A stretch of 64,000 nt of DNA from Gaiellaceae bacterium. GTDB lineage: Bacteria; Actinomycetota; Thermoleophilia; Gaiellales; Gaiellaceae. Where the stretch lies: the NCBI GenBank assembly GCA_035623575.1, contig DASPTD010000053.1, positions 13,859-77,858 on the forward strand, given 5' to 3'. The notes below the pieces were generated by a model. It searched no databases. It was not told the DNA's origin and saw only the letters and a program-made list of their open reading frames with translations. Below, one piece after another: positions 57,118 through 64,000 of this stretch (positions are counted from its first letter, which is position 1; each line of letters opens with the position of its first letter). Made by a program: the position numbers and the translations under genes.

Positions 57118-57672
57118 TCAGAGCAGTCCGCAGGCCCTCGCGGTGTTCGGCCAGGGCCAGAAACCCCTGGATCTGAGGGCTTTTTCTGCCGTCCACATCT
57201 GCTCGAGCGGCGTCCAGTGGTCGGCGGTTCCCTTGTGCCGGAACAGCCACCAGCCGTAGTGCTCCTGGAAGGTGACGTTCATCTGGAGCCCGCCGTAATA
57301 GGGGCTGCCGGTGTCGCTCCAGCTGCCCTCGTAGCGGTGGATGCAGAGCCACGCCTTGAGGTGCGGCGGTCGGTGCGCGCGCCGGAAGGCAGCCTGGGCC
57401 CGGCTGTGCCAGAGCGTGACCGCCTGCCTGACGTCCCGGATGCTCATCGCGGCGAGCGTCCGACCGGCGGTCTCCGTGCGGGACGCGCCCATCACGCGTT
57501 CCCACCGCCAGGTCGCGCGTTCGTACCGGAGAATCTCGCCGCCGAGAGCGACGCGCGCAGCGGCATCGGAGCTGAGCGAGCGCACGCCGGCCGTCGCGCG
57601 GTTCACGCCTGCACCGGCCGCGGTGCAGGAGCATGCAAGGAGCACGGCCGAAGCCATGACGAGTCGCCGCAA
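57118..57672 (-). CDS. secreted/lipoprotein Rpf-like transglycosylase domain protein
   Basis: Lipobox-like LLACS. C-terminal WLCIHRYEGSWSDTGSPYYGGLQMN resembles the transglycosylase-like (Rpf) domain with its catalytic Glu. TTG 57672 or ATG 57657. Confidence 0.65.
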   Translation of the reverse strand: MRRLVMASAVLLACSCTAAGAGVNRATAGVRSLSSDAAARVALGGEILRYERATWRWERVMGASRTETAGRTLAAMSIRDVRQAVTLWHSRAQAAFRRAHRPPHLKAWLCIHRYEGSWSDTGSPYYGGLQMNVTFQEHYGWWLFRHKGTADHWTPLEQMWTAEKALRSRGFWPWPNTARACGLL

Positions 57673-57757
57673 GAGTCCACCCCCAGTGGATTCGCCTGCA
57701 TGGTCGGAGGCCGGGCGGGCACGAACCCCTGGGTGGGGACGGCACCGCGCGGCGCGG

Positions 57758-58486
57758 CTATGCGTTGCGGTCGGGGACGGTACTTGCTGGGATGTTAGGA
57801 AGGTGTAAGGACCGTCGTCGTCGTCGCCACCCTCCCGGATCGGCGACGAACCCGGCGTAGAGGAGCGCCGCGCCGGCGGCGATCCCCGCGGCGGCGCCGC
57901 CGGCGCCGAGGCCGGCGAGGCCGCTGCCTGTCGCAGCCGCCGCGACGCCGAGCACGATCAGCGCGTTGCCGAGCGGCCGGCGCCGGAAGGAGCGGACGGC
58001 GACGGCGACGACCGCGAGCGTCCCGAGCGCGTTCGCCACGATCGCGAGCAGGCGGCCGGGCAGGAAGGCGAGGTGGTCCTGCGCCGGCGGGATGCCGTGC
58101 CGCGCGAACGTGCCGTGCACCGGCAGGGCGAACGCGGCGCCGAGCGCGACCCCGGCGTAGAGGAGGGCGGCGGGCGCCGCCCGCCGGACGCCGGCGAGGA
58201 GCAGCGAGCCGAAGCCGAGCAGGGGCGCCGTCAAGAGCGCGCCCGCCGCGTAGTACACCCGGAACGTCCGCCCGTCCCACTGCGCCGCCTCACCCCAGGC
58301 GATCGCCGCCGCGGCCGCCGCGTACGCGGCCAGCGACCACGACCAGGCGAGCAGCTCCGGCCGTCGCGTTTCCCGCCAGCGTCGGGCGAGCGCGCCGGCG
58401 AGGCGCAGGGCGACGAGTGCGGCGGCGAAGGCGGCGAGCACGTTCACGGCCAGAGCGTAGGGTAGGTGATCGTCTTCCGCTCGCAC
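57758..58486 (-). CDS. polytopic membrane protein, no recognised family
   Basis: 242 aa, Ala/Leu/Gly-rich, 6-7 hydrophobic segments. Alternative GTG start at 58447. Confidence 0.55.
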   Translation of the reverse strand: MRAEDDHLPYALAVNVLAAFAAALVALRLAGALARRWRETRRPELLAWSWSLAAYAAAAAAIAWGEAAQWDGRTFRVYYAAGALLTAPLLGFGSLLLAGVRRAAPAALLYAGVALGAAFALPVHGTFARHGIPPAQDHLAFLPGRLLAIVANALGTLAVVAVAVRSFRRRPLGNALIVLGVAAAATGSGLAGLGAGGAAAGIAAGAALLYAGFVADPGGWRRRRRSLHLPNIPASTVPDRNA

Positions 58487-58502
58487 CGCTAGGCTCGGAA
58501 GC

Positions 58503-59663
58503 GTGCCGGCGAAGAAGCACGGGAAGAAGTACCTGTTTACGCCGGGGCCGACGCCCGTGCCGCCGCAGGTGCTCGCCGCGCTCGCCGAGCCCGTGCTCCA
58601 TCATCGCGGCGCCGACTTCCGTCCGGTCTTCGAGCGCTGTCTCGGCCGCCTGCGCGAGGTCTGCCGCACGGAGTCGGACGTGCTGCTCTTCACCGCGTCG
58701 GGGACCGCCGCGATGGAATCGGTCGGCGTGAACCTCTGCGCCGAGGGAACGCGCGCCCTCGTCGTCTCCGCCGGCTACTTCGGCGAGCGCTGGGAGCAGA
58801 TCGCCTCGCTGCACGGCGCCACGGTGGAAGCGATGCGCTACGAGTGGGGCGAGGCGCCGCGCGCACGGGACGTCGCTGCGCGTCTTCGCGAGCTCGGCGG
58901 CGCGGACGTGGTGTTCCTGACCCACTCCGAGACGTCGACCGGCGTCGTGGCCGACCTGGCGGAGCTCGCGGCCGCGGCAAAGGAAGCCGGCGCCCTGGTC
59001 GCGGTGGACGCGATCTCGAGCCTCGGCGCGGTGCCGCTCGAGATCGACGCCTGGGGGCTCGACGCTGTCGTCTCCGCCTCGCAGAAGGCGCTGATGACGC
59101 CGCCCGGGCTCGCGCTCTGCGCGGTGTCGCCGCGGGCGCTCGCCGCGGCAGAGGCGTCGCGGAGCTTCTACCTCGACTGGGGACGGACGCAGAAGGCGCA
59201 GGCGAAGCTCGATGCACCGTTCACGCCCGCGACCTCGCTCATCGTCGCGCTGGACGTCGCGCTGGGACTGCTCCTCGAGGAGGGGCTCGGCTCGGCGTTC
59301 GCGCGCCACGCCCGCCTCGGCCGGGCCTGCCGTGCCGGTGCGAAGGCGATGGGGCTCGAGCTCTTCTCCCCGGACGACGATCGCAGCGCGGTCGTGACCG
59401 CGATCCGCATGCCCGAGGGGATCGACTCCGGCGACGTCGTCTCGGGCGTGCGTGAGCACTTCGGCATGACGCTCGCGAACGGTCAGGGCGGCCTGCGCGG
59501 CCGGATCCTCCGCGTCGGCCACATCGGCTGGTTCGACGTGTTCGACATCACGTCCGTGCTGGCCGCGGTCGAGCTCGTGCTCGCCGAGCTCGGCGCCGAC
59601 ATCGAGCGCGGCGCCGCCGTCACGGCGGCGCTCGAGGCGTACGAGCACGCGAAGGTGTCGTGA
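58503..59663 (+). CDS. class-V aminotransferase (serine-glyoxylate / phosphoserine aminotransferase-like)
   Basis: 386 aa with class-V fold N-terminus (LFTPGPTPVP). GTGA-coupled to serA. Confidence 0.85.
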   Translation: MPAKKHGKKYLFTPGPTPVPPQVLAALAEPVLHHRGADFRPVFERCLGRLREVCRTESDVLLFTASGTAAMESVGVNLCAEGTRALVVSAGYFGERWEQIASLHGATVEAMRYEWGEAPRARDVAARLRELGGADVVFLTHSETSTGVVADLAELAAAAKEAGALVAVDAISSLGAVPLEIDAWGLDAVVSASQKALMTPPGLALCAVSPRALAAAEASRSFYLDWGRTQKAQAKLDAPFTPATSLIVALDVALGLLLEEGLGSAFARHARLGRACRAGAKAMGLELFSPDDDRSAVVTAIRMPEGIDSGDVVSGVREHFGMTLANGQGGLRGRILRVGHIGWFDVFDITSVLAAVELVLAELGADIERGAAVTAALEAYEHAKVS

Positions 59664-61231
59664 CCGCCAGGGTTCTCGTCCGCGAGTCGATCGCCGACGC
59701 GGGCGTCGACCTGCTCCGCGAGCGCTTCGACGTCGACGTCGACGCCGACAGCGCGCTCGACGAGATCATCGGCCGCTACGACGCGATCGTCGTCCGCTCG
59801 GCGACGAAGCTCACCGCCGATCTGATCGACCGCGCGGTCAAGCTGAAGGTGATCGGGCGCGCCGGAGTCGGTGTCGACAACGTCGACGTCGACGCGGCGA
59901 CGCGGCGCGGGATCGTCGTGGCCAACGCGCCGGAGTCGACGGTCGTCTCAGCAGCCGAGCACACGATCGGGTTGCTCGTCGCGCTTGCGCGTAACATCCC
60001 GCAGGCGCACTCGGCGCTCAAGCAGGGCCGCTGGGAGCGCAACGCGTACGACGGCATCGAGCTCGCCGGCAAGACGCTCGGCGTGCTCGGGTTCGGCCGG
60101 ATCGGCCAGCAGGTGGCCCGGCGCGCAGCGGGGCTCGGCATGCGGGTATGCGCGTACGACCCGTACGTCGCCGGCGAGCGCTTTCGCGAGCTCGGCGTCG
60201 AGCGCATCGAGACGCCTGAGGGCGTGTACCGGGCCGCGGACTTCCTCACCCTGCACCTGCCCCTGACCCAGGAGACCCGCCGCTCGCTCGACGCGGCGGC
60301 GTTCGCGTGCATGCGCGACGGCACCCGCCTCGTCAACGCGGCGCGCGGCGAGCTCGTCGACGAGGGCGCGCTCCTCGACGCGCTGCGCTCCGGCAAGGTC
60401 GCCGGTGCCGCGCTCGACGTCTTCTCCGCCGAGCCGTACTCGGGGCCGCTGCTCCAGCTCGACAACGTCGTCGTGACACCGCATCTCGCGGCGTCGACCG
60501 GCGAGGCGCAGGACCGGGCGGGGCTCATCGTCGCCGAGCAGGTGGTCGCCGCGCTCGAAGGCGGCCTCGTCACGAACGCGGTGAACATCCCGGCGATCGG
60601 CTCCGAGGACCTCGAGGTGCTCGGCCCGTACGTCCCGCTCGCGGTCAAGCTCGGCCGGCTGGCGATGGAGCTCGCGGAAGGGAAGGCGGACGAGATCGTC
60701 GTCACCGCCTACGGCGGGCTTGCGGACTACGACACGCGCCTGCTCAGCGTCTCCGCGCTCAACGGCGCCTTCCAGGGAAGGGCGGACCGGCCGGTGAACT
60801 ACGTGAACGCGCCGCTGATCGCGCGCGAGCGGGGGATCGAGGTGCGCGAGGAGCGCTCGCAATCGGCACGCGACTACACGAACCTTCTGCACGTCGCGAT
60901 CCGCGCCGGCGACGAGCTGATCCGCGTTGCGGGAACGATCATCGGCAACGACAACCGCCAGTGGCTCGTGAGCGCGCTCGGCTTCGACCTCGACCTCGAG
61001 CTCGCGCCGCTCCTCGTGCTCGTGCGCTACGACGACGTTCCCGGAGTGATCGGCCGCGTCGGCACGCTCTTCGGAGACGCCGGCGTCAACATCGCCAACA
61101 TGACCGTCTCGCGCTCGCGCCGCGGCGGCACGGCCCTGATGGTGCTCTCCGTCGACACGCCGCCGCCGAGCGACCTCGTCGAACGCATCCATCGCGAGGG
61201 CTTCGACGACGCCCGAGTTATCGAACTCTGA
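59660..61231 (+). CDS. serA: D-3-phosphoglycerate dehydrogenase (long form with ASB and ACT domains)
   Basis: 523 aa. NAD motif GFGRIGQQVA and a C-terminal ACT-like domain. Confidence 0.9.
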   Translation: MTARVLVRESIADAGVDLLRERFDVDVDADSALDEIIGRYDAIVVRSATKLTADLIDRAVKLKVIGRAGVGVDNVDVDAATRRGIVVANAPESTVVSAAEHTIGLLVALARNIPQAHSALKQGRWERNAYDGIELAGKTLGVLGFGRIGQQVARRAAGLGMRVCAYDPYVAGERFRELGVERIETPEGVYRAADFLTLHLPLTQETRRSLDAAAFACMRDGTRLVNAARGELVDEGALLDALRSGKVAGAALDVFSAEPYSGPLLQLDNVVVTPHLAASTGEAQDRAGLIVAEQVVAALEGGLVTNAVNIPAIGSEDLEVLGPYVPLAVKLGRLAMELAEGKADEIVVTAYGGLADYDTRLLSVSALNGAFQGRADRPVNYVNAPLIARERGIEVREERSQSARDYTNLLHVAIRAGDELIRVAGTIIGNDNRQWLVSALGFDLDLELAPLLVLVRYDDVPGVIGRVGTLFGDAGVNIANMTVSRSRRGGTALMVLSVDTPPPSDLVERIHREGFDDARVIEL

Positions 61232-61267
61232 GTTGCGCTCAGAGCTCGATCTGGAATGTGCTCCGCA

Positions 61268-61298
61268 GAGCGGACGGCGGCCGAGCCGCCGTCCTCTC
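61268..61298 (+). terminator. hairpin after serA
   Basis: Core GACGGCGGC-CGA-GCCGCCGTC (9 bp perfect), extendable to 14 bp with one mismatch. Followed by CTCTC. Confidence 0.4.
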
Positions 61299-61454
61299 GG
61301 GCTGCGCGGCGCACGGTCTCGCGGCGCGGCCGGTGGCGCTAAAGCGTCCCCGGCCGCGTGGATCCGCCTGCGGCCAACGCGGCTGCGCCTCCGTCGGCCT
61401 CCGGCCTTTGCGCTCGGGTCGGACGCGCGGTCACTGCCGCGTTACGCTCGTCTC

Positions 61455-61934
61455 GTGGAGCCGTGGCCTGAATCGGTGGAGCGCGTTGCGGCGGTTCTGC
61501 GGAGCCGGGCGGTCGATGCGCGGCTCGAGGAGTTCGAGGAGGGGACGCCGACGGCCGCCGCGGCGGCGGCCGCGATCGGCTGCGAGGCGGCCGAGATCGT
61601 GAAGACGCTCGTCTTCGTGTGCGACGGCCTGCCCGTGCTCGCGCTCGTGCCGGGCGACCGGCGGGCGGACGCGGCGAAGGTCGCCACAGCGGCGGGCGCG
61701 CGCGGCGCGCGCGTGGCCCGGCCCGAGGAGGTCTTCGCCGTGACCGGGTTCGGGCCGGGAGCGGTCGCTCCCTTCCCCGTCCCGCAGGCGTCACGCGTCC
61801 TGCTCGAGCGCGAGCTACTCCGGCACCAGACCGTCTGGGTCGGCGCAGGCTCGACCCGCCACATGGCCGGCCTCTCCCCGCTCGACCTCGTGCGACTCAC
61901 GGGTGCCGAGCCCGGAGAGCTCGCGGAGGGCTGA
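61455..61934 (+). CDS. YbaK/EbsC-type aminoacyl-tRNA editing domain protein
   Basis: GTG 61455. IVKTLVF...LALVPGDRR...GAVAPFP is typical of YbaK/ProX trans-editing proteins. Confidence 0.7.
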   Translation: MEPWPESVERVAAVLRSRAVDARLEEFEEGTPTAAAAAAAIGCEAAEIVKTLVFVCDGLPVLALVPGDRRADAAKVATAAGARGARVARPEEVFAVTGFGPGAVAPFPVPQASRVLLERELLRHQTVWVGAGSTRHMAGLSPLDLVRLTGAEPGELAEG

Positions 61935-61986
61935 GCGGCGCCGCGGGTACGATTCGTTCTCGCCCGACGACCCGAGGAGAGACGCG

Positions 61987-62913
61987 ATGCAGGAAGCGAA
62001 CAAGATCTGGATGAACGGCGAGCTCGTCGACTGGGCCGACGCCACGGTCCACGTCGGCGTCCACGGCCTTCACTACGGATCGGGCGTCTTCGAGGGCATC
62101 CGCGCGTACGAGACTCCCAAGGGGACGGCCGTCTTCCGCCTCAGCGAGCACCTCGAGCGGCTCGAGCGCTCGGCGAAGCTCCTCTACATGGAGCTGCCGT
62201 ACTCGCGGGAGGAGCTGAAGGCGGCGACGTGGGATCTGATCGGCGCGAACGAGCTCCCCTCGTGCTATCTCCGCCCGATCGCGTTCTACGGCTACGGCCA
62301 GCTCGGCGTGGCGGCGCGCGACAACCCGGTCGACGTCGCGATCATGGCGTGGCCGTGGGGCGCCTATCTCGGCGAGGAGGGGCTGCGCAACGGGATCCGG
62401 GTCAAGGTCTCGAGCTGGCAGCGCGTCGGCCCGAACGTCATCCCGCACGTCGCGAAGGCGACCGGCGTGTATATCAACTCGATGCTCGCCGTCGGCGAGG
62501 CGAACCGCGCCGGCTACGACGAGGCGATCCTGCTCACCGCCGAGGGGACGATCGCGGACGGCTCGGGCGAGAGCATCTTCATCGTCCGCGACGGCGTTCT
62601 CTACACGCCCGACCTCTCCGCCTCGATCCTCGTCGGCATCACGCGCGACTCGGTGATCCAGATCGCGCAGGACCTCGGCCACCGCGTCGTCGAGAAGCCG
62701 CTCATCCGCACCGACCTCTATCTCGCGGACGAGGTCTTCATGTGCGGGACGGCTGCCGAGGTGACGCCGATCCGCGAGGTCGACGACCATGTGGTCGGCG
62801 CGCCCGGCCCGATCACGCTCGAGATCCAGCAGGCGTACCTCGACACGGCGAACGGCCGCGCGGAGCGGTGGGCGCAGTGGCTCGAGTACGCGCCCAGCCG
62901 CGCGCAGGCGTGA
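61987..62913 (+). CDS. ilvE: branched-chain amino acid aminotransferase
   Basis: ATG 61987 with GAGGAGAG upstream. 308 aa, class-IV fold (IWMNGELVDW...GVFEGIRAY). Confidence 0.9.
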   Translation: MQEANKIWMNGELVDWADATVHVGVHGLHYGSGVFEGIRAYETPKGTAVFRLSEHLERLERSAKLLYMELPYSREELKAATWDLIGANELPSCYLRPIAFYGYGQLGVAARDNPVDVAIMAWPWGAYLGEEGLRNGIRVKVSSWQRVGPNVIPHVAKATGVYINSMLAVGEANRAGYDEAILLTAEGTIADGSGESIFIVRDGVLYTPDLSASILVGITRDSVIQIAQDLGHRVVEKPLIRTDLYLADEVFMCGTAAEVTPIREVDDHVVGAPGPITLEIQQAYLDTANGRAERWAQWLEYAPSRAQA

Positions 62914-64000
62914 AGCAGGAAGTGCGCCCGGTCCCGCTCTCGGGGCCGTATCTCGACGAGCGCGAGGAAGAGCTCGTGCTCGAGGTGCTGCGCTCCGGCA
63001 GGCTGTCGCTCGGGCCGACGATCGACCGCTTCGAGGAGGCATTCGCTGCGAAGGTCGGCGCGCCGTACGCCGCCGCCGTCTCCTCGGGCACCGGGGGCCT
63101 GCACCTGCTCTGCGTGTCCGCCGGGATCGGACCCGGCGACGAGGTGATCACGACGCCGTACTCGTTCGCGGCCACCGCCAACTGCTTCCTCTACGAGGGC
63201 GGCGTTCCCGTGTTCGCCGACGTCGACCGGCGTACGCTCAACCTCGACCCGGCGGCCGTCGAGGCGGCGGTGTCGCCGCGGACGAAGGCGATCATGGCGG
63301 TCGACATCTTCGGCTACCCGTGCGAGCTCGACGAGCTGCGCGTGATCGCGGACAGGCACGGGCTCACGCTGATCCAGGACGCGTGCGAGGCGCTCGGCGC
63401 CGAGTACAAGGGAGCGCCGGTCGGCTCGCACGGCCCGAGCGCGGTCTTCGCCTTCTACCCGAACAAGCAGATCACCACGGGAGAGGGCGGGATGGTGACC
63501 ACCCATTCCGAGGAGGAGTGGCGCCTGCTGCGCTCTCTGCGCAACCAGGGCCGCGGCGACAGCGGCGGCTGGCTCGAGCACGTCCGCCTCGGCTTCAACT
63601 ACCGCATCGACGACGTGCGCGCGGCACTCGGCCTCGGGCAGCTCGAGAAGCTCGACGAGATACTCGTGCGCCGCGACGCCGTCGCGGCGCACTACGTGGA
63701 GCTGCTGGCGGGCGTTCACGGCGTGGAGCTGCCGTGCCCGGACGACGAAGAGCACAGGCGGTCCTGGTTCGTGTACGTGGTGGCGCTTCCCGACAACGAG
63801 ACGCGCGAGCGGGCGATCGCCCACCTCGAGCGCGAGGGGATCGGCTCCAGCCGCTACCTGCCGTCGATCCACCTGCAGCCGTACATGCGCGAGCGCTACG
63901 GCTTCCGCGAGGGGATGTGCCCGGTGTCCGAGGACGCGAGCTCCCGCACGCTGGCGCTGCCGTTCTTCACGTCGCTCGAGCGCGACGCGCAGGAGCGCGT
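62910..64000 (+). CDS. DegT/DnrJ/EryC1/StrS-family PLP aminotransferase (3' partial, runs off the window)
   Basis: Absent from the ORF track because it has no stop in the window. My translation from GTG 62910 (GTGA overlap with ilvE) gives VKQEVRPVPLSGPYLDEREEELVLEVLRSGRLSLGP...FYPNKQITTGEGGMV... Confidence 0.85.
   Translation, partial: MKQEVRPVPLSGPYLDEREEELVLEVLRSGRLSLGPTIDRFEEAFAAKVGAPYAAAVSSGTGGLHLLCVSAGIGPGDEVITTPYSFAATANCFLYEGGVPVFADVDRRTLNLDPAAVEAAVSPRTKAIMAVDIFGYPCELDELRVIADRHGLTLIQDACEALGAEYKGAPVGSHGPSAVFAFYPNKQITTGEGGMVTTHSEEEWRLLRSLRNQGRGDSGGWLEHVRLGFNYRIDDVRAALGLGQLEKLDEILVRRDAVAAHYVELLAGVHGVELPCPDDEEHRRSWFVYVVALPDNETRERAIAHLEREGIGSSRYLPSIHLQPYMRERYGFREGMCPVSEDASSRTLALPFFTSLERDAQER

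Overview
Very GC-rich, gene-dense bacterial chromosome segment. Third codon positions are almost all G/C, and long spurious antisense ORFs are common. Most genes are joined by 1-20 nt start/stop overlaps. The gene families point to Actinomycetota, possibly a Thermoleophilia/Solirubrobacterales-like organism (inference only): F420-type LLM and DDN oxidoreductases, an Rpf-like transglycosylase, apparent leaderless promoters, and a GH25 enzyme with Cys-pair repeat modules. Content in order: (1) 0.4-12.1 kb, N-compound catabolism and uptake (CodA-like amidohydrolase, ureohydrolase, NodB-fold deacetylase, NCS1 permease, NMT1-type ABC importer, M20 amidohydrolase), interrupted by a secreted GH25 muramidase. 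(2) 12-17.4 kb, DDN, mgsA, MFS transporter, LLM oxidoreductase, S9 peptidase. (3) tRNA-Cys at 17456-17526, then about 2.7 kb of family-less small and membrane ORFs, a TadG-like vWA protein, and a single-chain PFOR. (4) 25.7-31.1 kb, MoxR-DUF58-vWA (Bat-like) operon. (5) 31.3-37.9 kb, putrescine-type uptake and catabolism operon. (6) 38-48 kb, group 3b-type [NiFe]-hydrogenase operon carrying an embedded cNMP-binding-like gene and a zinc-finger-less HypA, divergent from hypFCDE. (7) 48-64 kb, ferritin-like/ABM pair, orphan HMG-CoA reductase, folD, csp, gatCAB with an extra ORF between gatA and gatB, an RHH/DUF4097 operon with an AT-rich operator, and serA, ilvE and a partial DegT. No CRISPR array, transposase or integrase was seen. 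No single finding is compelling as a new system. The best candidates are the modified hydrogenase locus, the tRNA-Cys-flanked ORFan block, the gatA-gatB ORF, the RHH/DUF4097 module and a dispersed palindromic element.
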